Shown: positions 1 through 13,703 of the stretch, in pieces
How the letters are laid out: each line of letters opens with the position of its first letter
How positions within the stretch are numbered: the first letter of the stretch is position 1
DNA from: Octopus vulgaris
Taxonomy: Eukaryota
DNA length: 64,000 bases
Assembly (NCBI GenBank): GCA_951406725.2
Contig: OX597821.1
Location: forward strand, 62,310,001-62,374,000
Reading direction: 5' to 3'
Notes under the pieces: generated by a model
The model's input: the letters and a program-made list of their open reading frames with translations, nothing else
Databases searched by the model: none
What the model was told of the DNA's origin: nothing
Made by a program: the position numbers and the translations under genes

Positions 1-1179
1 TGGCTGCTTTTTCTAGTGGGTCGAACGGCTTATTATGGCCGTTCCTCAATTTGTTGTTATATATATATATATATATATCATACATGTATATGTGTACAAG
101 TGTATGGTTGTTGTTATAATGACACGTGATTTCGGAATGGAGCATAACAATTATTTTTCTACGGGAAAAAGTGATTACTTTTAACAATATGAATAATTTA
201 AGTTTATGATTATTTCCCAATATTCTTCTGAACGTCTACTGTCACTTTGTGATGGAAACTATTTCTATCTGTTCGATGTTTTCTGGTGATATTAAAAAGT
301 CCTATATCAACTCTATAAAAAAAAAACACGTGTAATCATATAATTCATTTCAGGATTGATGCGATCGAATGATATAATCATTTTGCTAATTATTTACAAT
401 TTCATCAATGAAAAATGTGTTGATGTATCCTCATAGCTTGATTAATATCTGAAACAGAATCGAAAGCAAGATCTACTTTGATTTCCCATGGGTTCATTAA
501 TTATTTTTATATCTACATTTAAATAGATGGATATTTTTCAATCTCCTTTTTGTGCGCAATAATAAAAATAGAAATCTATGTTCATTAACATACAACAATG
601 CATTTAGGAAAATATGATAAAATATATTTTTCACAGAAATCCCTCAAGTGAACAACTGTAAATGAATGCAAAATTTGGTCACCTAGAATAACCTGAAAAC
701 GTAATTTCATAAGATATATTGTAAATGCCTAACAGTTAACTTCACTTTAGATAGCATGGATGCACTGATTCACAACATATGTTGGTTCACAATTTTTGAA
801 CACACATTTCAAGAATTATTAAGCTCAGAAAATACAATTTGATTCGTCGCACCGGTTTTCATACCTGTACGTTTTCTTCTTCATTGTAACAATTTTTTTA
901 TCTTTAGTGCATGTTGTTTATAGTCCACCTCCAAATAAAATCTCTCAGACTCTTTCCCTTTTGCAGTCATTTACTCTGAAATTGAGTTATAGGACGATTA
1001 TTCGAAATACGCGACTGCTAAATATTTATACTATATATTTATTTGATTGTTTCTTGATTTGGAAGAACTTTCTCATGTTCAATTCCAGTTCATATTTTTA
1101 GATTATTATCATTAGTATCTTAGAGAACAAATTAGCAAAAGGATTTGAGTAACTGAAAATACCTGCGGTAATTGTTTTG

Positions 1180-1570
1180 CTTCCTTAATTTTACAATTCA
1201 AACCCTGCCCAGATTAACTTTGCTTTTCTACCCTCTGCTATCAATAAAATACAATACCAGTCAAATATTAGGGTCGTTGTAATTAACTGACTATACCCTT
1301 TGTTATTGTGTCTAATGTAGAAACAATTATTAACGGATTGTCCGGGTGGAAATGGTGTACCAGAATTGTTAGAACATCGGGAAAATTCCTTGGGCTATTT
1401 CGTTCGGTTGTTTACGTTGTGAGCGGAGATTCCGCCTAGATTAATTAACATTCACTTCAACTGCTAGGGTGTTGATAAAATTAAGTACCAGTAAAATACA
1501 GTTATTCGTTTTTTCACTTAAGTCCCTCGCAAAATTTATGGCATTTTGCCTACGTTAGAAACTATTATAT
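1180..1570 (+). mobile_element. Two degenerate tRNA-derived SINE copies (Deu/Nin-like core family)
   Basis: Decayed matches to the core seen intact at 42685-43975 (ttcaaa..cc..gattaactttgcttttc..cc..ataaaat..taccag) with gtg(t/c)cta..gtagaaac tails. Confidence 0.55.
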
Positions 1571-4500
1571 TTAGCTAACAATAATATTCTGTTGACTAAT
1601 TATACATCAGACAAACGTTAAATATGAAACTAGTCCCATCCTTTTGTATTTCATGTTCATACTTGGTAAGTAATGCAATAGTTTATCTATTAGATATGAA
1701 TATATAACATGATAGAATACAAATATTTTCAGTGAATCTCAATTAAGTCTTATGTTTTTGGAATTATACAACTACTACTTCTATAGTGAAATAATTATGA
1801 AAAATATGAATTATAAAACCCTGGATATGAGAGAATACAATACAAAAAAACCCAAAAAAACAAGTCGTCAATATCTTCGAATTTCCTGACACAGATTGAG
1901 CAGTTTATATTATATCGGAAAAGCAAGATGTTTTCCAGTTTTCATTATTTATCTCCGCATAGAGCAATTAGATACTAACTGCTTTTCAGTGTTATTATAC
2001 ATTGTGTGACATATAATATATTACGTATGACATACAATGATATATGACTTATGATACTACTTCACTAAAAGTTAACACTTAACTTACGTAAGATATCATA
2101 AACTACTGTTTTTATTGCAAAGAAATATTCTTGTTTATCGATGAATAGTGTCATAATTCTATTTAAAATCCACGAACATATATTTTTAAAATGAACTTTT
2201 CTTTTACGGGTCATGTTAATCAAAAATAACTATCACTGCAATAAATAAATGTTGACAATTAATGACACGACCTATCCAAGTTTGAGTTCTGTCGATATAA
2301 ATAAACCTAATTTATGTTTTGTTTTGTGACATATCACATGAAGTGAGTAAATACATGAATACTATACATAAGTTCAGTAAATATACATGGTTAGATCGGG
2401 AAAATTTCAGGCCAGTTTAACATGTCTTAGTAATAGGTTTACATGCCTTAGTAACAGCTAATAATATAGATTTCTTTATATCACAAATGGAATAAAAAGA
2501 AAATGATTGATTCATTTCTTACATTATTGTCTTTTTTCTTCCCTGAAGCAAAATATCATTAGTAGAATACGGTGAAACCTTTGTTTGACACAGAAATCTA
2601 CTTCGAGAATACAATGGAATAAATAAAGAATTAACAAGTACAAAATACACGACGTAATATGGTAATAAATAAATGAATATATAAAGTTAAAAATACAAAC
2701 AGCCATAAACAAAGATTTGCTGTAAATGTCTGACGAAATGTAAGTGAAATCTTTGAGAAGAGGGAAAAGGGGCTTGTTTAAATAAAGATGAACAAAGAAA
2801 TAACAGGGAGATGTAATGTTGTTTTGTGCTAGCAGATATTTCAATTACATGTCCCAATATATTGGCTCATTGCTGCTTATACAAATATCAGTACTCTAAT
2901 GCTCTCCTGCTCCCTGTCGTTTGTAAACACATTCGTACACACCATGCAACTATACACGCACATATGCACGCACACTCACCCGCATACAAACACACACACA
3001 CACAAACGAACACACACAAATATATATACATATATAGGTATAAATATTCACACATACATACACGAGTGTATATATATATACTGAGTGCATGTAATATGCA
3101 TGTACGCATGCATGTTACTCTTTCTCTCTCTCATTACACATACACACACCTAGATATATTAATAGATAGAGAGAGAGGGGGAGAGAGAAAGAGCCATAAA
3201 CACATTCGCCATAAACTTTGCTTAAAAGGCTCGTTTAAGCCGATGATTTAGATTCAACCTGGCGTTGACAATGAAGTTGCACTTAGTCCCTTTAAATCTA
3301 TCTACGTTACAGATGAGTTGAGGCCTTCTACTTCATTTTGTTAACGCTTCTTATATATCGTTAATTTCATGATGTGTACCTGTGCTTATTTTCGAAAGAG
3401 TGTTTAATATTAATCTACAGTAAGTATCTGAAAGATCTCATATGACAATTCCATGAAAAAAAAAAAAAGTTCGTCAGTACTACTATGACCATTGAGCTCT
3501 TAGAATTTCTTCGTTGCAATAGCGCTATTATTAAGTGAGTGTTTTATGTTTTGGCATGAAATTTGTCCTGACGACCTGCATTTACTTAAATATCCACGAG
3601 ATATCACGATTGGCATATTGTTTACCATGTACATGTTTGTTTACAAATACAGGGGACAAGTTATTCTAAAATGTCCAAAGAAGGGAAAAAACAAATGAGG
3701 ATTCATCTTGAAATTTAGAGCGTGAAACTCCTATGATCTTAGGACGTAATTTGGGGCGCGCGCAAAATCGACATTTTAGTTAATATGTGTGAACATGCTT
3801 CTCCCCTTTCAGTTACAGATATATGTTGTAATTGTTGACGTCAATGTGTCATACATCGGATTATACCGAATGTGGCTGTGTATGTGAATTTTCTTTTCCA
3901 GTGTTCCTTAACTCAGCTTTTCTTTCTTAAGTATCTTATATTTTGCTCATTTGATCACAGCTGATTCGTCACACTCGAGTTCTCTACGGTCAATGAGTAC
4001 CTTCTGAAACTGCAAAATGATTTTGCTACTACTCATTATGTTTGAGATGTCAAGTATCGAAAATAGTACTCTGTAGGTCACGCCTCAGTACATTTGCTGG
4101 ACTTCAGAGGATTCCATGTTTGTTTTCCTTTCAGCTTACGAAGCACTTCTTGATCCATGCACTAACTTTTCCCAATCTTAAATATTGCTTCTACAGAAGA
4201 CATTACTGAAATCAAAAGATTATGGCTTCTGGTTTGGAGTCTTCTTAATTCTTTAAATGTCATTTAAGTGGTGACGGATTTGTGTTGTTCAATCACTGCT
4301 AATGTAGAATTAAGTATTTAGGGATTGGGATTTGATGAATACTTGCTCACTAGAAAATCTGTTAAAAACTTTGGGAATAAAAAGAAACAGAGGAAAATTG
4401 ATCTGTCTCTTTGCAACTTCATTTATTTTTCTTCATACGTTATGATTTAAAAAAAGTGTTAGCAAGGGTTATCCCAAATAGTTGTCAAAACGCTTTGGCA

Positions 4501-5397
4501 TGAGCGGAAGTGAGTATGAAAGAATGGTCGATAAGCAATATGTAAAGTATAATTTTACACCAGTTTAATTCTTGCGCAATAATTTCGTAAATATTATTGC
4601 GCAATATTATGATTGTGCTGGGGTTAAAGTATTTCATTTGAGTTTTGCATGTTGAATCTTCGGCATATAGTACTATGCTCTTGTTTGATGAAAGAATGTT
4701 CATCAGAACATCCATGGTGCCATACGGTTGCATTAATCTAATTTCCATAAAGTTTGATTGTATCCTTTTGTTTTCAGCTCAAGTTGTATCCTATTGATCC
4801 AGCTGCTAGTTTATCTTGGGCTGACTATCAAATACCAGCTTATATAATTTTTTCTCAAATAATCTACGAAATTAAGGTTCATAGCGTAACTCAATAATAT
4901 ACTTCCAGTATTGTAGTAAACGGTAAGTTATTTAACCTTGTTGATGGCTTCTTGGAAGCGAATAAGAAATATATTTTGATCCATTTCTAACTGCACAGTT
5001 AGCTCAGAAAGTAATAAGGTGTCTACGTTTCATGTAACTATTGCCGCGGCCTATGTTTTGAGGAGAGATGCTGATAGGATCAGGAAAATAATGTATTGCA
5101 AATTATTAGCACAGCAAACTTCTGACTGTATGATCTGTTTGTTGAATTCTTAATTGGTCAGAGGCTTTCAGTGTTTAACGGAAATGCTGTAGGTGAAACC
5201 ATTCTTAGTTAACTCCCTTTGCAGGCATTTGTTTAGTGAGTTGACAGGAGAATGTATTGTAATTTTGTTAAAAAGCTTTTCTGAGGTACTAAGACCAGAT
5301 TTTGTTCATATAATATACACACACAAATACAGACACCCACCCACACCCACACAGGCACACACATATATATATATATATGTATATAAAAACATATATT

Positions 5398-5446
<49 letters not shown>

Positions 5447-6165
5447 ATTCGGGTAAGATTTACATCCGACAGATTTTCATGTTTGATAAATAACTGTTAT
5501 ATCTGGTACTCTTCCTTTCTTATCAGGTGATGACGTGAGATGCGAATAATCTCAATGATTTAGTACAGCAAAATTTAATGAAGTTGTGTGCATCATTTTT
5601 GTTATAACAGAGGATGTATACGTGTATATGTTTATAAACACGTATTTGTATATAGATATAAATACAAATGAATAAAATATACATGGATATATATTTCTAT
5701 GTGAGTATGAACTTGTGTGTGTACACAACTATATGCACAAATATGCGTACACATATGCACTCAAATAAATTCAGACAAAATACATCATAAAAAAAAAACT
5801 TGAAATGCTAGAGCATAAATACTATAAATTTTTTGTTTAATGTGAGTAAAAATTTCTGTTTATTTGGAAATATATTTTTTTGTTTTACATTGTTTACTTA
5901 TATTCCCCTGACATTTACGTAACGATAAACAAACATCATTTAATCTTTGATTTCTGACACAAAAACTTACGCGGAGACACACTCGCATGCGCGCACATTT
6001 GCACACACATACACACAAACAGTTAGAAATACAGGTAGATAGATAAATAGATAGATAGATTTGTGCATATGTATATATATATTGATATATACATACACAT
6101 TTGTATATATATACATACATATTTATGTATTTATATGTATTTATATATATACATATACATACATA

Positions 6166-6227
<62 letters not shown>

Positions 6228-6432
6228 TCCATCCATATATATGGGTATATATGCTCAAATATATATAACAACTTAAATATATATATATACATAAACATGT
6301 ATTCACACAAAAATACACAACTTGCACGCATATGTATATAAATATATATACATGTGTATACGCTTACATACGTATATATATATATATGAATATATATTAT
6401 ATATATATGTGTGTGTGTATAGATATACACAC

Positions 6433-6477
<45 letters not shown>

Positions 6478-6999
6478 TACACACACACACACATTTGAAG
6501 TGTGAATTCGTGCGTCTGCATACGGATGGAAGACGTAGACATCTTTGTTACTTTATACTTTATCGACTAAAATCTTTGACGCTTGGTAGTTCTGAGATAT
6601 ATTTTTACAACTAAACTCAGTGCTTTGTTTTTTTCTCTCTTTTTTTTTTACTCTTCTAATCTTTTGTGTTATAACTTTCTTGGTGAGACAGTGAAAATGT
6701 TTAGTAGAATAAAAGATATTTTACATATTCTCTATGCCACCGAGAACACATATATTCACATTGTCACACAATTAGACACAAACACAGATACAGAATAGAA
6801 CGTTAAACAATATCGCTAGTTCTCTCTATTCCTGTGGTTCCTATTTCCGTTTGATGTGTTAAAGACACTGGGCGCAATAGATCACGCATAATGACTACCT
6901 AAAATTATAATTTTTAACAAACTATACTCAGTGTTTACTCAGCATGCGAATAAAAATTTACCAAAAAAGGATACGATACACCAATTCATTAAGAATATT

Positions 7000-7476
7000 T
7001 TTATTGCCCTAAGGGGGCTAAGCGTAGTGGGGACAAACAAGGACAGACAAAGTGATTAACTCGATTACATCGACCGCAGTGTGTAACTAGTGCTTATTTA
7101 ATCGACCCCGAAAGGATGAAAACCAAAGTTGACCTCGGCGTGATTTGAACTCTGAACGTAACGGCAGACGAAATACCGCTAAAAATTTAGCCCGGTATGC
7201 TAACGATTCTGCCAGCTCGCCGCCCGTCATTAAGACTATATTTATTTCTTTATTGCCTACTGGGGGCTAAACACAGAGGGCACAAGCAAGGACAGACAAA
7301 GGGTTTAAGTCGATTCCATCGACCCCAATGCATAACTGGTACTTATTTAATCGACCCCGAAAGGATGAAACACAAAATGAACCTCAGCGGAGTTTGAACT
7401 CTGAACGTACCGGCAGACGAAATACCGCTAAACATTCCGTCCAGAGAGTTAACGATTCTGCCAGCTCGCCGCCCTT
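7000..7476 (-). mobile_element. Tandem pair of tRNA-derived SINEs (Deu/Nin-like core)
   Basis: Two copies (about 7000-7225 and 7243-7475). The minus strand has A box tggcagaatcgttag, B box gagttcaaa and core ttcatcctttcggggtcgattaaataagtaccag. Confidence 0.85.
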
Positions 7477-9584
7477 CAGTATGAATATATTAAATAACAA
7501 ATGTTGTAATGTATTTGTATAGAATTGTACTGAAGTATATACACGACTATATTATTTTTCTATATGAAAGTGATTTTGTTAATAGTGTGCGAAATGTTGC
7601 GAAATATTGCTAATTAAATATAAACAAGAAAACTTGAGGTCACGTTGTATTAAATTTAATAGGGACATTTACATTATTATCTCTCCATATCGATGGTGCT
7701 ACTTCCGACGGTTTTAGTTGATTAACAGCTCATACATATTTACATTCGTACATACACTCTTACGTACTTACTCATATATAAATATATAAGTATGTACATA
7801 TTGCTTATATACTTGTACAAGGAATAGGAATAACGGGGCGCATTGGTACAATATTTAGCTGATAAATTAAATTGATGATTGGTTCAAAGTTACAATTTAA
7901 CAATGTAGTTACGATTACTCTGTCTGGTTTTTTTTTTGTTATAGCAGAAAAGAAAACCCAAATAGACAAGCTTGTGTTTGCATATATGTGCATATGTATT
8001 ATGTCTGGTAAATATATAAGCACCTCTAAGAAACCATCTCCTGGTTGAATACATTACTAATTCAGTTCGGAAACTAATCTAATTGTTAGAATAAGCATTC
8101 CTTATTACACGGTTTGCATCGCCCTTAAATATCAAAGCCTCGTCTCCTTAAAAACAGACATTAATTTACCATATTGCAAAGCATCGCATCTATAATGATT
8201 GCCTTTAGTAGCATGTAACCCGAGAGTTGACATAATGAAATGACGTCAGACAATATTTTCTACTTGCCATTTCTAGTAATACTAAACATTATTGTTATGT
8301 GGAAAGAAAAATAACTTTTATATAATTTGTATAATTTTTAATTTATATAAGTTGTATTAAATATCTTCTGATGCACTTTCATTTCTTCTCAGCACAGATG
8401 TTTCTAATCTCCATTATTTTGTAATCCATCATATTTTTAAATATATTTAGCCTTAACAGTATATTACAAAATGTTATATTTAAAGACTGTTTCATTGTGC
8501 AACATAACTGTCTTATAAATTAAAGTTCAAAGTGAAGAGAGAACAATAGCATATGCTACTGATGTGCTCGTATGCAGTCTTTTGCGAGATTCAAACACGA
8601 GGAATAGATCTGGTTAAATTCACGTATTTATTCTAGTAATGCCTGTTGTAAAACACATTAAGTTCCACACATAAATAAAATCGTACATTGTACTCCTAAA
8701 GCGTCATCCACATTTACCGTTTTTGCAGAAATGATTTAAAATACGTAAAAAAAACTTAATGTGATTGCTGTTTTCATAGTTTTATTTCAAAAATATATTT
8801 AACACAAACGTAGTGTGATGATGTTTTCATCCTACGTATCGAATGTGTTTTTAATAATCATATTATCGAAATTGTTTATCTACCATCTTACTCACACGAC
8901 ACCGTTTCAGGAATCTTTTGAGAATGTAATTATATCATTGAATACTTCTCAATACATAATATCCTCACTGCAGTAACTATAAATTTCAGTGCAACAGAGC
9001 GAATGCTATAAATCATTTATATTTTGCGTGTTTCACACCAGATATATCGAGCATAATAAAGTTTAGTACTTTTTTAGGACTCTGTAAATACACGTCAGCA
9101 ACTTCTGAAAAGTCTCCTGTCTCCAAATGAATTATTATTAGTTCTAAAGGTATCTTGTTCAAACATATTTTCCTAATTCTTAATTTTTGAACTACATGTT
9201 GAATGCGTATTTTCTTTTGTAGCTGGAAGTCCTACTTCTTAAGTTTAAGTACATGAGCTATGGCGACAGTATGCATTTCTTGACAGTATAAAATTCCGTA
9301 ATAACTACCTAAGTAACTATAACAGAAACTTATATTTATTTTCCTAGTAGCAGATAAATTTCCTGTTCTATTGTTATCTTACGTAGTCACTTTATTGCAG
9401 CGCGGATATTACTTAAGTTCCCCGTTAATAATGCCTTTAATTATTTACTTCTGATTAGTACACGTTTACTATTTCTAAATCTTAATCTATAATGGACATC
9501 ATATGTCCTTTTGTAAATACACATACAAACTTTTGATGTGTATTATATTCAATCATTCAATAAATTTTTCTATTAGAGTATATG

Positions 9585-10160
9585 TTTCTTTATTAGCCAC
9601 ACAGGGCTGCACACAGACATGACAAATTACAAGGTAGAGCTTTTATTTTTGGGGATAAAAATGGGGGGTTGGTTTTCGATCAAAAGGGATCGTAAAAGGA
9701 AAGAAAGGGGAAAAGAAAAGCAAAAAAAGGGGGGAGGATAAAAATAAAAGGAAACAGAAAAATCGATCAATAGGGATCGTTATCACAGAAATGTTAATAT
9801 AAAGTGTAAAGGGGAAGACAGGTGAGCTTTATCCGTGGAAAGAAAAGCCTACAGAAAAGACCATGGTAACCTCGGTCAATGAAGTCACATGTTACATTCT
9901 TTTTTGTTTACAAATAAGTAACTCTCTGTATTAAATTTTTACCGTTCATAGGATCATCCTCAAGGTGGCTTCATCGTTCATACGTGCCATCCCTGCTACA
10001 TTCACCCATCATTTTTTAAAACATTCACTAGACAAAACTTGCCTCCCTACTCTCACTTTCCTTTTCAAGTAATACTTGAAGAAGTTGATGAGAGATTGAC
10101 CAGAGAGGAAAGTGTTTGTCTCTAATCCTTTCAGGCGCGTCCACCAGATACATTCTTTCG
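9585..10160 (-). mobile_element. 3-prime end of an L1/Tx1-like LINE (5-prime truncated)
   Basis: Minus strand reads QSLINFFKYYLKRKVRVGRQVLSSECFKK*WVNVAGMARMNDEATLRMIL*, then a pyrimidine-rich UTR ending agccctgtgtggctaataaagaaa. A homologous UTR lies at 27701-27962. Clade assignment is by recall. Confidence 0.65.
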
Positions 10161-10351
10161 CTAAACACTCTAATCACTAAGAATATATATATATTAACAA
10201 TTCACTATGAACTATATATGGACATGCACATATTCTGTAAGTTCAAGACGTTTCATCGGATCCCCAGGAATCGAACTTTCTTCAATGCAGTTAAACTCAC
10301 ACCCTCATTTGTATCTACCCCTTTTGATGTTTGGGAATCTCTGATGTTTTT

Positions 10352-10435
10352 TCGGCTGACGAGTACGAGCCATCTATATTTACTGCATTTTTTGTAGCTT
10401 ATTAAAGATGTCCACGTACGAAACAATTGTACTGA
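10352..10435 (+). ncRNA. Minimal type I hammerhead ribozyme motif
   Basis: Stem I tcgg/ctga, core CTGACGA (10356-10362), stem II gtacg/cgtac extended by catct/agatg, GAAA (10420-10423), stem III C-AATT-G with a palindromic loop, cleavage triplet GUA (10429-10431). Confidence 0.8.
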
Positions 10436-10916
10436 TAATTGTACTGATATATATATATATATACATGTTGAATGCGTATTTATATATATATATATATACT
10501 CGCACACACGCATATATTTTTATATATACAGTTTGATAGAATTTTAAACTCTGCTTTTGTTTTAGTTGCTGTTTACCAGCAGGTCAGCTGTGAAAGCACT
10601 CTATGGTCTAGAGAGCTAATCACAACACGAAGGAGATATTGATACTACTTATAGTAGATCGAAATATTTTCTTTCGCTACATCGATTTAAAAGTTTATGT
10701 GATGACATGCGATATTATCAGCTCACAAACATTACCAGGAATACATTTTACAAGGAAAACAAATAAATATGTTCAAATATCACAGTTGATGTAGTGATAA
10801 AATTATTTAAAAAATGTTAAACACATTTCAATTAAGGTTGGGGTACCATATCCGGCGTGCAAGTAGATAAGAAGTTAATGGAAACATGCAATGGAGTCAC
10901 ACAGAATAAGAAAGAT

Positions 10917-10948
<32 letters not shown>

Positions 10949-11325
10949 AGACTGAGATAGAGTGGGGTACGAAAGACAGAAAACAGAGAAAAAGACTGAT
11001 TCCTCTCACATATCATAGTAGTTTTATAGAGGACTGCTATTATTTTATCTTTACTTATCAGATCATACATTGGCTAAAACAATATCAGCATGAATCATTC
11101 ATAAGCTAAATTACGTGACCCAAACAATTTCTCATGGATACATTTTAAAAGAAAAACATATGATCAACCGAGAAAAACTTACCTGTCTTAGTGAAATAAA
11201 AAAATGCTGTTTTAATGTTAAATTATAATATCCATATAAAAGCGAAAATTTAAATAAACAATGCATACAGCAGCATAATCCTTTTAATGAAAGTATGGAA
11301 ATTACTTGAGTTATAGGAAGAAAAA

Positions 11326-11407
11326 TTCAAATATTTTCATTGAGGAATATATTTTCAAATATTTTCATCGAGGAATATATTTTCAAATATTTTCATCGAG
11401 GAATATA
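11326..11407. repeat. 28-bp tandem repeat, about 3 copies
   Basis: ttcaaatattttcat(c/t)gaggaatatatt starts at 11326, 11354 and 11382. Confidence 0.9.
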
Positions 11408-11439
11408 GTATTTTATATTTCAGAGAACCTACACAAAGC

Positions 11440-11900
11440 CAAGAGATAAGTGTATGTAACCTGGAGTTGTTTTCATGAATGATGGGAAGCAGTCGACTGA
11501 ATCGGAAGCAAGCAAGCTTTTCTGGCGAAGGATCATTAATATACCAGCTTCAATACGCCGTTATAAAGGAGAAAGGATGTATGTGAAAACGTCAAATCGC
11601 CATCGACAATTTTCTTTCCATGCCAACAGTTAACGCCGTGAATCTTAGTAATGGAAAATTAAGAGGGTCAATGTACAGTGGCGAAATGAAGATCCTCTTA
11701 AGAGTAGCTGATGTAATGTCAATCAATAAAAGGCATAGTTCGTAAGTGAGGGATTTCATCCAGTTCAAAGAATTGCTTCATGGAACTAAAGTCATGCGGT
11801 TAAACTGTATGAATGAACAATGGCGGAAATATTTCTACCGGTAAACCCAGGCGTCGTGAAACCCTGACGTAGAGTTCGAGTGTCATCTCTAGAAAATATT
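11440..11900 (+). mobile_element. Decayed RTE-clade LINE ORF C-terminal fragment
   Basis: Frames read PGVVFMNDGKQ (compare YLGVVFTSDG) and EMKILLRVADVMSINKRHSS*VRDFIQFKELL (compare EMRFLRRVAGVT.LDRVRSS.IRE.LQVEPLL), with stops. Confidence 0.6.
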
Positions 11901-12897
11901 TATAGCCTCAATTGATCTTTGCCCACAGCTATTCTAATAGGAGATTTGAAGAACGAGGCTGAAGAGTCTGCACAACGATATTCATAGGAATAAATAAGCA
12001 ATGAAGATGAATAGACCGATGGCATTATATATTTGGGCCTCTCGGCTTAAGTATTCTACGTAAATTCATTCAAATGAACATGTGGTGATATATCTTCAAG
12101 AATGTATGTAAATGCACACGCATTTGAGTGCAAATACTATAATTTTGAATTCAATATTCTATTGATTTAAATATACTTTTCATTAAAAAATTATAAGTTT
12201 ATTCAGAAGAAACACGAATGAATGGAAACGAATTTACAAGTTCACAAAAATTATTCTCAGACAATATCAGTTAGTTAATCTTGTTATTTATATATTGTAA
12301 TTTGTAGAATTCATATAATATGCCTGAAAACGAAAATGAACATTTCTATTATTGAAAGAAACAAACCATTCCATACACATAGACACAAAACACTCACATA
12401 TATGTTTGTACACACAGACACACATTATATGTGTCTTTTATATGTACCTCCATCCACGTTTAATGAAAGTACATCTCTGCCTATTCGTCTTCATCTGTCA
12501 CTTGATGTGTTGTGCTTATCTATTTATACATATTATATGTATATGTATAGATATATATTTGTGCGTGTGTGTGCGCGCGCGCGTGTACTCATGTATGTTC
12601 CTTATCGCATTTATATTTCTGTGTGAGGATATACGTGTAATTCTATTTGCGCTGTTTGCTAGTATGTGCTTGTGTGTATGTGTATACGTTCCAACAGAGA
12701 CATAGTATATATTCCTATGTCCGTTTTCTAAATATATCAATACAATAAACCTTTGTTCTCTGAAAATATTCTTCCCTTTTCACTACAATGTTTCTGATGG
12801 AAATATTCCAATTTGCTTCTATCAACAACACAAGCAGAGTTATTGAGCATAGATACAACAACAATATCAACAACAACAGAACTGATAAAAAAAACAC

Positions 12898-12963
<66 letters not shown>

Positions 12964-13188
12964 ACTCGTATGTGTGTGTGTGTATTTCCAACGTTAGATA
13001 AATAAATACATAGAGAGAGAAAGAGAAGTAGATGGATAAGTACATACAAAGATAGATAGACAGATATATATGTATACACACATATACATACATATATATG
13101 TATGCATTCATACATATATATATATATATACATACACACATACATACATACACACATATACATATATATATATATATAGATAAATATG

Positions 13189-13235
<47 letters not shown>

Positions 13236-13616
13236 GTTTTTTTCTTTGTTGGATAGTGTGTGTTTGCGTATTTATTTACATCAATAAGTGCATCTGTAAT
13301 TTTCATGTCAGGCACTGGGCCAGTTTGCACAAAGGAAATGTCTACATTTGATTGAAGTGATCCCAGTGGATCCTCAGTATTCTCACAAATCGATGAAGAG
13401 GTGAAATACAGACAAGCACTCACACTCACACGTATACAGGAACAAGCAACAGCGCACACATATGCACACACGAACGCACGAACAGAGATCTATATACACA
13501 CATTCATATCTATACATATCTGTGTATACTTAAATGCTTATGTATATGTATAAGTATATATATATATGTACATATCCGTATATATAAAAGGGTACATACA
13601 TATGTATATTTTCTTC

Positions 13617-13703
<87 letters not shown>

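Noticed and set aside
4485-5270. 87-aa minus-strand ORF and neighbouring sequence
   Set aside because: No recognisable domain. Possibly an eroded LINE, but not supportable.
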